Under the pieces are notes generated by a model. That model had not been told where the DNA came from. It worked only from the letters and a program-made list of their open reading frames with translations, and made no database searches. Below, piece by piece: positions 19,129 through 27,298 of a DNA stretch of 64,000 nucleotides (the first letter of the stretch is position 1; every line of letters starts with the position of its first letter). Position numbers and translations under genes: made by a program. This DNA is from Vulcanimicrobiota bacterium (lineage in GTDB: Bacteria; Vulcanimicrobiota; Vulcanimicrobiia; Vulcanimicrobiales; Vulcanimicrobiaceae). The DNA is taken from positions 31,667 to 95,666 of the forward strand of contig CAWAXX010000008.1 of the NCBI GenBank assembly GCA_963786105.1, written 5' to 3'.

Positions 19129-20040
19129 GTGATGCGGATCAGCGATGCGCTCGCAACCGTGCGCCCGTTCTTTTCCTTCGAGTTCTTTCCGCCAAAGGAC
19201 GACGACGGATCGAATCGCCTCTTCAAAACGATCGAAGCGCTTCAGCCGTTGCGGCCGGCATTCGTTTCGATTACATACGGCGCCGGCGGATCGACCCGCG
19301 CGCGCACCGTCGCGTTGGCAAAGCAAATCCAGCAAGACATCGGACTGACCGTGGTCGCCCACGTGACCTGCGTCGGTTCCTCGCGCGCCGAGCTGCGCGC
19401 ATTGTTCGACGACCTCGCTCGGGCCGGTATCGAAAACGTCTTGGCTCTCCGGGGCGATCCCCCCGCATCGGCAACGGCCTTCGAGCCACCTCCGGGAGGA
19501 TTCGCGCGCGCTGCCGAGCTGATTGCGATGCTTCGCCGGAACTACGATTTTTGCATCGGCGCCGCGTGTTATCCAGAGAAGCATCCCGAAGCGGCAAGCA
19601 TCGCAGACGACCTCGCGCACCTTCGCGAAAAAGTCGACGCTGGCGCGGACTTTCTGGTGTCGCAGTTGTTTTTCGACAACGGCGCGTTCTTCGATTTCGA
19701 ACGCCGAGCGCGCGATTGCGGCATCGCGGTGCCGATCGTTCCGGGATTGATGCCGATTACGAACTTCGGTCAGATCCAGCGCTTCGTCGCGATGTGCGGT
19801 GCGACCATTCCGCCGAAACTTCACGTCGAAATGGAAGCGCGCAAAGGCGACGTCGAAGCGGTCGAGGCGCTCGGCGTCGCGTACGCGTCGATGCAAGCGG
19901 TCGCGCTGTTACACTCCGGGGTGCCGGGCATCCACTTTTACACGCTAAACCGGTCCCCCGCCACACGCGCGATCGTATCGTCGATGCTGGCGGCGAGCGC
20001 TTGGCGCCCGGCGGGTTACTTCGCGGCAACAACGCGATAA
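19129..20040 (+). CDS. metF: Methylenetetrahydrofolate reductase
   Basis: FSFEFFPPK, FVSITYGAGG, AHVTC, LALRGDPP, YPEKHPE, SQLFFD, HFYTLNR. Confidence 0.96.
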   Translation: MMRISDALATVRPFFSFEFFPPKDDDGSNRLFKTIEALQPLRPAFVSITYGAGGSTRARTVALAKQIQQDIGLTVVAHVTCVGSSRAELRALFDDLARAGIENVLALRGDPPASATAFEPPPGGFARAAELIAMLRRNYDFCIGAACYPEKHPEAASIADDLAHLREKVDAGADFLVSQLFFDNGAFFDFERRARDCGIAVPIVPGLMPITNFGQIQRFVAMCGATIPPKLHVEMEARKGDVEAVEALGVAYASMQAVALLHSGVPGIHFYTLNRSPATRAIVSSMLAASAWRPAGYFAATTR

Positions 20041-20064
20041 CCGCCGGAGCGTAGAATCGAAGGC

Positions 20065-20334
20065 GTGGACGCCTTCGACGGACTGCTTCGCGACGCGCTG
20101 CTAACCACGGCGGCAATTTCGTTACCGGTCCTGGCCGTCGGCGCGCTGGTCGGAACCGCCGTTGCGGTCGTGCAGGCGGCCACCCAAGTGCAGGAACAGA
20201 CGCTGACGCTGCTCCCGAAGATTCTTGCGATCGGCGCTATGGTCGCAACGTTCGGCCTCGCCGCCATGCATCTGCTTGCCGGACTCTTCGATCACGCGCT
20301 GACCGTCATTCCGAGTTTGACCGGCGGTTCGTGA
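20065..20334 (+). CDS. fliQ: Export gate protein FliQ/SctS
   Basis: VAVVQAATQVQEQTLTLLPKI. Confidence 0.95.
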   Translation: MDAFDGLLRDALLTTAAISLPVLAVGALVGTAVAVVQAATQVQEQTLTLLPKILAIGAMVATFGLAAMHLLAGLFDHALTVIPSLTGGS

Positions 20335-21053
20335 CCGCCGCCTCCCTCCTCATCTTCGCGCGTTGCGTGGGTTTCGCGTTTCGTGCTCCGGGGTTTTCGC
20401 ACCCCAGCGTCAGCCCGGCGGTGCGCGCGGGACTGGCGGTGTTTCTCACGATCGCCGTCGCACCGGCCGCGCACTTCCCCGTACCCGGCATCGACGGAGC
20501 CGCGATGGTGGTAGCGCTCGTTGCGGAATTCGCGCTGGGCGGTGCGATTGGAATGGTCGCATCGCTGGTGTACGACGGCGCGTACGCCGGCGGCCGCGCG
20601 GTCGACGACTACGTCGGGGTAAAGGCGATCGCGCCAAGCCTGCAGCTGGTCGCCCCGAGCGGCTTTGGGCGCGTATGGTCGCTCGCGTACACGGGCGGAT
20701 TCTTCTTGACCGGCGCCTACCGCACGACCGTTCTCGGATTCGCTCAGAGCTTCGAACGAATCGCGCCCGGAACCGAAGTCGACGCGCATGCGTGGGCCGC
20801 GTATGCGGCCGGCATGGCCGCCACGATCGTAGTGGTGGCGGCTGCGGTGGCGGCCCCTGCGATCGGTCTCGCGTTCGTGGTGCAAGTCGCGCTCGGCGCG
20901 CTGTCGCGTGCCGTGCCGCGCTTCGGCAGTCTTACGCTGGCGTTTCCGCTGGCATTTGGTGCTGCCGTGATCGCCACTGCCGTCGCCGTCCCGTCACTGT
21001 CGCAACACGCCCTCGCACCAATTCTCGCGATTCCTCGCTCCGCACCGCCGTGA
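20331..21053 (+). CDS. fliR: Export gate protein FliR/SctT
   Basis: FARCVGFAFRAPGFS, EFALGGAIG, AGGRAVD, LGALSRAVP; lies between fliQ and flhB. Confidence 0.88.
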   Translation: MTAASLLIFARCVGFAFRAPGFSHPSVSPAVRAGLAVFLTIAVAPAAHFPVPGIDGAAMVVALVAEFALGGAIGMVASLVYDGAYAGGRAVDDYVGVKAIAPSLQLVAPSGFGRVWSLAYTGGFFLTGAYRTTVLGFAQSFERIAPGTEVDAHAWAAYAAGMAATIVVVAAAVAAPAIGLAFVVQVALGALSRAVPRFGSLTLAFPLAFGAAVIATAVAVPSLSQHALAPILAIPRSAPP

Positions 21054-22075
21054 ACGACGACTCGGAAAAAGCCTTCGAGGCGACGCCGCAGCGTATCGAA
21101 AAGGCCAAGCGCGACGGCAACGTCGCCCGAACGAGCGAACTGAGCGCCAACCTGGCCTTCGCCGCGGCCGCCGCCGCGCTTATAGGCGTTGCACCGTTCT
21201 TTGGTATGACCATCTCTCGCGCGCTCACGTCGGCCACGTCGGGTACCACCCCGTGGCTTTTCGTCGCCGCCGCACTGGCGCTCGCGATCGTGCCGATCGG
21301 GAGCGCCGCGGCCGCCGGAATCGCGGCGAGCGTGGTGCAAACGGGGGGCTTGCACGTGACCGCCGTGTCGGCGAAACTCGAACGCCTCAATCCATTCGAG
21401 GGATTCAAACGCACTGCGTCGCGCGAAACGCTGTCGCACGCCGCACGCGCAGCCGCCGGTTTTGTGGTCGCAACCGTGGCAATGTCGCCGCCCCTCTGGG
21501 CTGCAGCGACCGAAATGTTGCGAGCGACGACGCTTACGGCGACGGCCGCCGCAGCGTGGCACGCCGTGGGGCACATGGCGTTTGCCGCGTGTGCGACCGG
21601 CCTCGTCTTCGCTCTCGCGGAGTATGCCGCGGCTCGCAGCGCCTGGCTTCGCAAGTTGCGAATGAGTTTCGAGGAGCGCAAGCGCGAATCGAAGGAACAG
21701 GACGGCGATCCTTTCGCGCGCGGGCGCCGGCGCGCGCTGCACCGCTCGCTGCTGCGCGGTGCCATCGCGAAAGTGAAGGACGCGTCGTTCGTCGTCGTCA
21801 ATCCGATCCACGTTGCCGTTGCGCTCGAATACCGGCCGCCGGACGTTCCGGTGCCGCTGGTGGTCGTGCGGGCCGCCGGTACCGCAGCTTTGCGCGTCCG
21901 CGCCTTAGCCGACGTTCACCGCGTTCCGGTTGTCGAAAACGTCGCGTTGGCGCGGGCGCTGTACGACGACGCGCGCGTCGGACACCCCATCGGACGGGTC
22001 CACTACGTCGCCGTTGCCGAAATCGTCGTGGCGCTGTCGTGTGCGCGACCCGTCGAAGGGGGCCGCGCCCGGTGA
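21050..22075 (+). CDS. flhB: FlhB/SctU export switch protein
   Basis: EKAFEATPQRIEKAKRDGNV, RLNPFEG, LRMSFEERKRESKEQDGDP, VVVNPIHVAVALEY, VENVALARALY. Confidence 0.93.
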   Translation: MNDDSEKAFEATPQRIEKAKRDGNVARTSELSANLAFAAAAAALIGVAPFFGMTISRALTSATSGTTPWLFVAAALALAIVPIGSAAAAGIAASVVQTGGLHVTAVSAKLERLNPFEGFKRTASRETLSHAARAAAGFVVATVAMSPPLWAAATEMLRATTLTATAAAAWHAVGHMAFAACATGLVFALAEYAAARSAWLRKLRMSFEERKRESKEQDGDPFARGRRRALHRSLLRGAIAKVKDASFVVVNPIHVAVALEYRPPDVPVPLVVVRAAGTAALRVRALADVHRVPVVENVALARALYDDARVGHPIGRVHYVAVAEIVVALSCARPVEGGRAR

Positions 22076-24108
22076 CCCGCGCTCCGGTCTACGCGTTTGC
22101 CGCTTTGCTGTTGGCGGTGGTCGCGATTTTGATCGTGCCGCTGCCCCCGTGGCTGCTCGACGTCTTACTGGGCATCAACATTTTCGGATCGGCCCTCGTG
22201 CTGTTGCTGTCGGTCACCGTCGAGGATCCGCTGGAGTTTTCCGCGTTTGCTCCGGCTCTACTCGTCGCGACGTTGTTTCGCTTGTCGCTCGACGTTTCTG
22301 CCACCCGCTTGATTCTCACCGATGGCGCCACGCCCGGCGCGGTTGGAAGCATCATTCCAGCATTCGGCGCGTTCGTCGTGCACGGCAACCTCGTCGTCGG
22401 ATTGATCGTCTTTGCGATCTTGGTAACGATTCAGTTCGTCGTCATCGCCAGCGGCTCGCAGCGCGTCGCCGAAGTCGCAGCTCGCTTTACGCTCGATGCG
22501 ATGCCGGGTAAACAAATGGCCATCGATGCCGACGTGCACGCGGGCGTACTCGACGCCGACGGCGCACGCGCCAAGCGGGACACCGTGCAACGCGAAGCCG
22601 ATTTCTACGGCGCGATGGACGGCGCGGGCAAGTTCGTGAAGGGCGACGCGGTCGCGGCGCTGGTCATCGTTGCCTTGAATTTAGCTGGCGGCGTGGCCGT
22701 CGGTACCGCGTACCACGGCCTGTCGCCGCTCGATTCGCTCGACACCTTTGCCTTGCTCTCGATCGGCAACGCACTGGTCACTACCCTTCCGGCGTTCTTG
22801 ATTTCAACGGCGATGGGCATGATGGTCACCCGGGTCGCGTCCGACGGCGCACTCGGAGCCGACCTCGCGGCCCAGCTGTTCGCGCGGCCCGACGTTTTGC
22901 GCGGTGCGGGAGGACTCTTGATCGCGTTGGCGCTCGTGCCGGCGCTGCCCGGTCCACTCTTTTTCGTGCTGGGAACCAGCGCGTTCGTACTGGCGCAGGC
23001 CGCGCATCGGCGACAGCAGCACCGAATGGCAAACCTGCGCGACGATCGCGAGCGCGCACGGCGCACGGTGATGCGGCGTCCCGAACTCGCGCTCGGCTTA
23101 ATCGGCGTCGATGCGATCGCGATCGAAATGGGCGGTGAGTTGGTGCGCTTGCTCGTGCCGCCGCTGTCGGACGCGTTGCTCGACCGAATCGGAGAGGTTC
23201 GTCGCGCACTAGCCGCGGACATCGGTATCGTCATGCCGGGCGTTCGCCTGCGTGACGAACTCGCGCGCGATCCGCGAACCTACGCTATTCGCGTGCGCGA
23301 CCGCCTCGCCGGCGAAGGCCGTCTCGATCTCGAGCAGGTACTTGTGGTTGCCGACGAAAGCGTTCTGGCGCGGTTCGGCGTCGCGATCGAACGCGAGCCG
23401 GTGTACGGCTTGCCGGCGGCGTGGATCGCTCCGGAATATCGCGAGCGTTCGGTCAATGCCGGCGCGCTCGTGTTCGATCCCATTTCGGTGCTCGGCTCGC
23501 ATTTGGCAGAGATCGCGCGTGCCAACGCTGCCGAACTGGTCGGACGCCAAGAGCTGCAAACGCTCTTCGAACATTTGCGCTCGACCGTTCCGGCGCTGGT
23601 GAAGGAAATCGGTACCGACTCGCTGCCGTTCGGCTGCGTGCACCGCGCGTTTGGCTTGTTATTACGCGAAGGCGCGTGGCCGCGCGACCCGGTGCGCGTT
23701 CTCGAATCGATGCTCGAAGCGAGAACGCGCGATCCACGCGAACTCGCCGAGACGGCACGGCGAATCATCGTTCCGGGCTTGCTCCGGCGTCGCGAAGTAC
23801 CCGCGCTCGAACCGGCAATCTTCGATGCGGAGTTCGAGCGCCGTCTAATCTCGACGTTGAACGGTGAGGGCGCCGACGCCACGTCGCCGTCGACGGCGCT
23901 CGCACTGCGCGAACGCATCGAGCGTTACGCGGCGCGCGTGCCGCGCGATCGCGCCGCGGTTCTTTGCACGGCGGAACTGCGTCCGCTCCTGGCGGACTTT
24001 TTGCTGCGTTCCGGCGTTCGCGTGGGCGTTTACTCGTACGGCGAGCTGCCCGGCGATCTTGAGCTTGCGCCGGCAGAAATCGTAACCGAGCCGGCGCTTG
24101 CCGTATGA
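22072..24108 (+). CDS. flhA: FlhA/SctV export gate protein
   Basis: FHIPEP signature RVAEVAARFTLDAMPGKQMAIDAD and FYGAMDGAGKFVKGDA. Confidence 0.96.
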   Translation: MTRAPVYAFAALLLAVVAILIVPLPPWLLDVLLGINIFGSALVLLLSVTVEDPLEFSAFAPALLVATLFRLSLDVSATRLILTDGATPGAVGSIIPAFGAFVVHGNLVVGLIVFAILVTIQFVVIASGSQRVAEVAARFTLDAMPGKQMAIDADVHAGVLDADGARAKRDTVQREADFYGAMDGAGKFVKGDAVAALVIVALNLAGGVAVGTAYHGLSPLDSLDTFALLSIGNALVTTLPAFLISTAMGMMVTRVASDGALGADLAAQLFARPDVLRGAGGLLIALALVPALPGPLFFVLGTSAFVLAQAAHRRQQHRMANLRDDRERARRTVMRRPELALGLIGVDAIAIEMGGELVRLLVPPLSDALLDRIGEVRRALAADIGIVMPGVRLRDELARDPRTYAIRVRDRLAGEGRLDLEQVLVVADESVLARFGVAIEREPVYGLPAAWIAPEYRERSVNAGALVFDPISVLGSHLAEIARANAAELVGRQELQTLFEHLRSTVPALVKEIGTDSLPFGCVHRAFGLLLREGAWPRDPVRVLESMLEARTRDPRELAETARRIIVPGLLRRREVPALEPAIFDAEFERRLISTLNGEGADATSPSTALALRERIERYAARVPRDRAAVLCTAELRPLLADFLLRSGVRVGVYSYGELPGDLELAPAEIVTEPALAV

Positions 24109-24254
24109 GGCACGGTCTAGGACCCGGATTCGGCCGGCCCGCGCGCGCGGTGACTCTGGTAGCCCGGCGGGCTCAGGTTTGCCCAGAGCCGCCGTGTAAC
24201 AAAGGATACCAAGGGTTTGTATACGCACTTAGCTGCTCTTGGAGGGCTCGCGCA

Positions 24255-24488
24255 TTGCGACGCACGGTCGGTATTTTGATCTTAACGACGCTCGTTACCG
24301 GTTGCAGTGCCCTGCAGGGCGCTTTGCCGTCCCATTCGGGCGCCGTCGAAGCCACCTCCGGGATGACCGTCGAGCAATACGCCATCGGACGCTTGGGGGC
24401 AAGATCTCGCCACGCCGCGACCTGCCCCAAGCCCGCGCCCACGTCGAAATCCCACACGCCGCAGCCTGCCAAACGCTGTCCTAGGTAG
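24255..24488 (+). CDS. Small putative lipoprotein
   Basis: GGAGG at 24241, TTG start, hydrophobic stretch and lipobox LVTG-C. Confidence 0.5.
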   Translation: MRRTVGILILTTLVTGCSALQGALPSHSGAVEATSGMTVEQYAIGRLGARSRHAATCPKPAPTSKSHTPQPAKRCPR

Positions 24489-24617
24489 GGGCGTCCTGCC
24501 GCTGCAGCCTGGTTTGACACCCGGCGGCAGGGCTGGTAACGTTGGAGCGTTAAAGTCCACCGGCCCGGCGGGCAACCGTTGCGGGCCTTTTGTTTGCACC
24601 GCTTTCTTCGGACGCCA

Positions 24618-25979
24618 ATGAGCTGGAATAACCTTAAAACGCCATTTAAGGCGCTGGTCATAATCGCGGTCGTCGCGCTGTCGATCTGGTCGGTCCTGCC
24701 CGTCCAGCAGAAGATTCACCTCGGTTTGGATCTCCAAGGCGGCTCGCGTCTCTTGCTGCAGTTATATCCGACGTCCGAAGTGCCGCGGATTACGACGCAG
24801 GTGCAGGCGCAAACGCGCGAGGTCATCGACCGGCGCATCAACGGCTTGGGCGTGGCCGAGCCGTCGATCAGCAACGTCGGAGCCGATCGCATTTTAGTCG
24901 AGCTTCCGAACGTGAAGAACCCCGACGAAGCCGAACGCGTGCTCAAAGAAGTCGCCGTGCTCGAGTACAAAATCGTCCCGCCTGAGGTGTCGCAGAAAGC
25001 CAGCGCCGCGCTGACGGTAATCGCCAGCCCGAGCCTGCCCGCGAAAGACCGGGCGGCTGCGGAAGCCTATATTGCCAAAGGGGCCTACGATGCCAGCGGC
25101 CCGGTGGTATATTCTGGTAAAGATTTGAAAGCGGCGCAAGCCGGATTCGATCAAGGCGGCCAGCCGAACGTGTTGTTCCAGACGAAGGATCCTTCGCGAT
25201 TCGGCAAGCTCACGACGGCGAACATCGGGAAGCTCCTTGGCATCTTCCTCGATCATCGCTACGTCGAAGCGCCTCAAATCCAAGGCGCGATTTTCGATAG
25301 CGGCGAGATACACGGCAGCTTCACGGAAGAGCAAACCGTCACGCTGGCCAACGAGCTCAACGCCGGCGCGTTGCCGGTGACGACGAAGATCGTCGAGAAG
25401 GAAACGATCGGTCCGACCCTGGGCAAGATCGACTTGGTGCAATCGCTGCGCGCATCGATGCTCGGCCTCGGGCTGGTGCTGCTGTTCATGATCGTCGTCT
25501 ATCGCCTTCCCGGACTGCTCGCCGACGTCGCGCTGGCGATTTACGTCCTCATAATGATGGCGATCCTCGCGCTCTCGCATGCGACGCTGACGTTGCCGGG
25601 AATCGCCGGCTTCGTGCTCTCGATCGGCATGGCGGTCGACGCGAACGTCCTCATTTTCGAACGCATTAAAGAAGAACTCTGGAACGGCAAGACGATGCGC
25701 GCGGCCGTTCGGGTCGGCTTCCAACGCGCCTTTTCGGCTGTGTTCGACAGCCACTTCACGACCATCGTCGGCGCCGGCGTGCTCTATTCGCTCGGCACCG
25801 GGACGGTGAAAGGATTCGCCTTCACGCTGTTCTGGGGCACGGTCGTGTCGCTCTTCACCGCCGTCTTCATCACGCGCTTCTTCGTCGACGCGTTGGTCGA
25901 CAACGACGTGGCGACGGCGCCCGAACTCTACGGCATCAAGCGCAGCGAAGTCGGCATCTTCGCCAAAGCGGGGACGTAG
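24618..25979 (+). CDS. secD: Protein translocase subunit SecD
   Basis: LGLDLQGG, RINGLGVAEP, GMAVDANVLIFERIKEEL. Confidence 0.97.
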   Translation: MSWNNLKTPFKALVIIAVVALSIWSVLPVQQKIHLGLDLQGGSRLLLQLYPTSEVPRITTQVQAQTREVIDRRINGLGVAEPSISNVGADRILVELPNVKNPDEAERVLKEVAVLEYKIVPPEVSQKASAALTVIASPSLPAKDRAAAEAYIAKGAYDASGPVVYSGKDLKAAQAGFDQGGQPNVLFQTKDPSRFGKLTTANIGKLLGIFLDHRYVEAPQIQGAIFDSGEIHGSFTEEQTVTLANELNAGALPVTTKIVEKETIGPTLGKIDLVQSLRASMLGLGLVLLFMIVVYRLPGLLADVALAIYVLIMMAILALSHATLTLPGIAGFVLSIGMAVDANVLIFERIKEELWNGKTMRAAVRVGFQRAFSAVFDSHFTTIVGAGVLYSLGTGTVKGFAFTLFWGTVVSLFTAVFITRFFVDALVDNDVATAPELYGIKRSEVGIFAKAGT

Positions 25980-25981
25980 GC

Positions 25982-27298
25982 GTGCTCTTCCGCAGACTCA
26001 ACTGGAATATCGTCGGATGGTTCCGCGTCGTATCGACGATCTCGTATCTCGTCATCGCGCTCGGCTTCGGTTCGATGATCTATCATGGATTCCAAGGCGG
26101 CCAAGGCTTCCAGCCGTCACACATGCTGCGGCTCGGACTCTCGTTTACCGGCGGGACGGACATCGCGGTGAAATTCACCAAGCCGACCACCGCCGATCAA
26201 GTGAAGAACGCGCTCGCAGGCTTGGGATTGAGCGAAGAGTCGGTTACGACCGCGGGTACCGACGGCACCGGTTTCGTGATTCAGACGCAAACCGCATTCG
26301 CCAACGATTCGGCGCCGATGTGGAACGCGCTCAATACGGTCGCACCCGTCGACCGATCCGCTTCGTCGATCACGGCGGTTGGCCCGTCGCTCGGCCGCGA
26401 ATATCTCATCAGGGCGCTGTGGGCGCTGATCATCGCACTCGGCATCCAGTTTCTCTACATCGCGTTCCGATTCGGCTGGAACTATATCTTCGGCTTGGTG
26501 ACCGTCATCGCACTCGTGCGCGACGCCGCCATGATGATCGGCATCTACGCGCTGGCCGACAAGCGCGCCGACGACGCCTTCTTGGCGGCGGTCTTGACGG
26601 TCATCGGGTACTCGGTCATGGATACGATCGTCATTCTCGACCGAATACGCGAGAATACGAAGCTCATGGCGGGGTCGCCGTACGACGTGATCGTCAACGA
26701 GTCGATCAAGCAGACGATGACGCGCTCGTTCAACACGCTGGCGACCGTCGTGATTACGCTGGTCGCGCTGCTCGCGCTCGGCGGCGCGAGCCTGAAGAAC
26801 TTTGCCTTTGCGCTGCTGGTCGGAATCGTTTCGGGCGGCTACCACTCGATTTTCTACTCCGCTCCGCTGGTGCTGCATTTCCGTAAGCGGCAGCTCGAAG
26901 CGGCCATGAAACGCCGGCGCGAAGGCCTTGCGTCGGACCGTACGGCCACCCCGCGCTCGCGCTCGGAGGCCACGGCGCTGCAGAGCCGCGGCGGCGTTCC
27001 GCGCGAAGACATCGTAGCCGCGCGGCGCGAACGCCGTCAAAAAGCCAAATCGGCTCGCACCGTAGCGCCCGCAGCGCCGGCGCGGTATCGGAAGAAGCGA
27101 ACCGACGTGGCGGGGGCGGTAGCCCTCGAAGACGTCGATATCGGCGAAACCGAAGCGATCGATCCGCTCGACGCGCAAAACGCCGGATTGCATGAGGCGG
27201 CATTTGAACAAGGGCACGAAGAAATCACGCTCAACCTCGACGAGTTCGACGAACCGTCCGTCGCCCACGACGGCGGCGAGGAAGAGGCGAAACCCTAA
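25982..27298 (+). CDS. secF: Protein translocase subunit SecF with long C-terminal tail
   Basis: LGLSFTGGT, VGPSLG, IGYSVMDTIVILDRIREN, QTMTRSFNT. Confidence 0.95.
   Translation: MLFRRLNWNIVGWFRVVSTISYLVIALGFGSMIYHGFQGGQGFQPSHMLRLGLSFTGGTDIAVKFTKPTTADQVKNALAGLGLSEESVTTAGTDGTGFVIQTQTAFANDSAPMWNALNTVAPVDRSASSITAVGPSLGREYLIRALWALIIALGIQFLYIAFRFGWNYIFGLVTVIALVRDAAMMIGIYALADKRADDAFLAAVLTVIGYSVMDTIVILDRIRENTKLMAGSPYDVIVNESIKQTMTRSFNTLATVVITLVALLALGGASLKNFAFALLVGIVSGGYHSIFYSAPLVLHFRKRQLEAAMKRRREGLASDRTATPRSRSEATALQSRGGVPREDIVAARRERRQKAKSARTVAPAAPARYRKKRTDVAGAVALEDVDIGETEAIDPLDAQNAGLHEAAFEQGHEEITLNLDEFDEPSVAHDGGEEEAKP

Noticed and set aside
10348..24108. Canonical injectisome (non-flagellar T3SS)
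   Set aside because: FlgC, FliE, rod-like and FliM/FliN genes are flagellar-type; no secretin, needle or translocon seen
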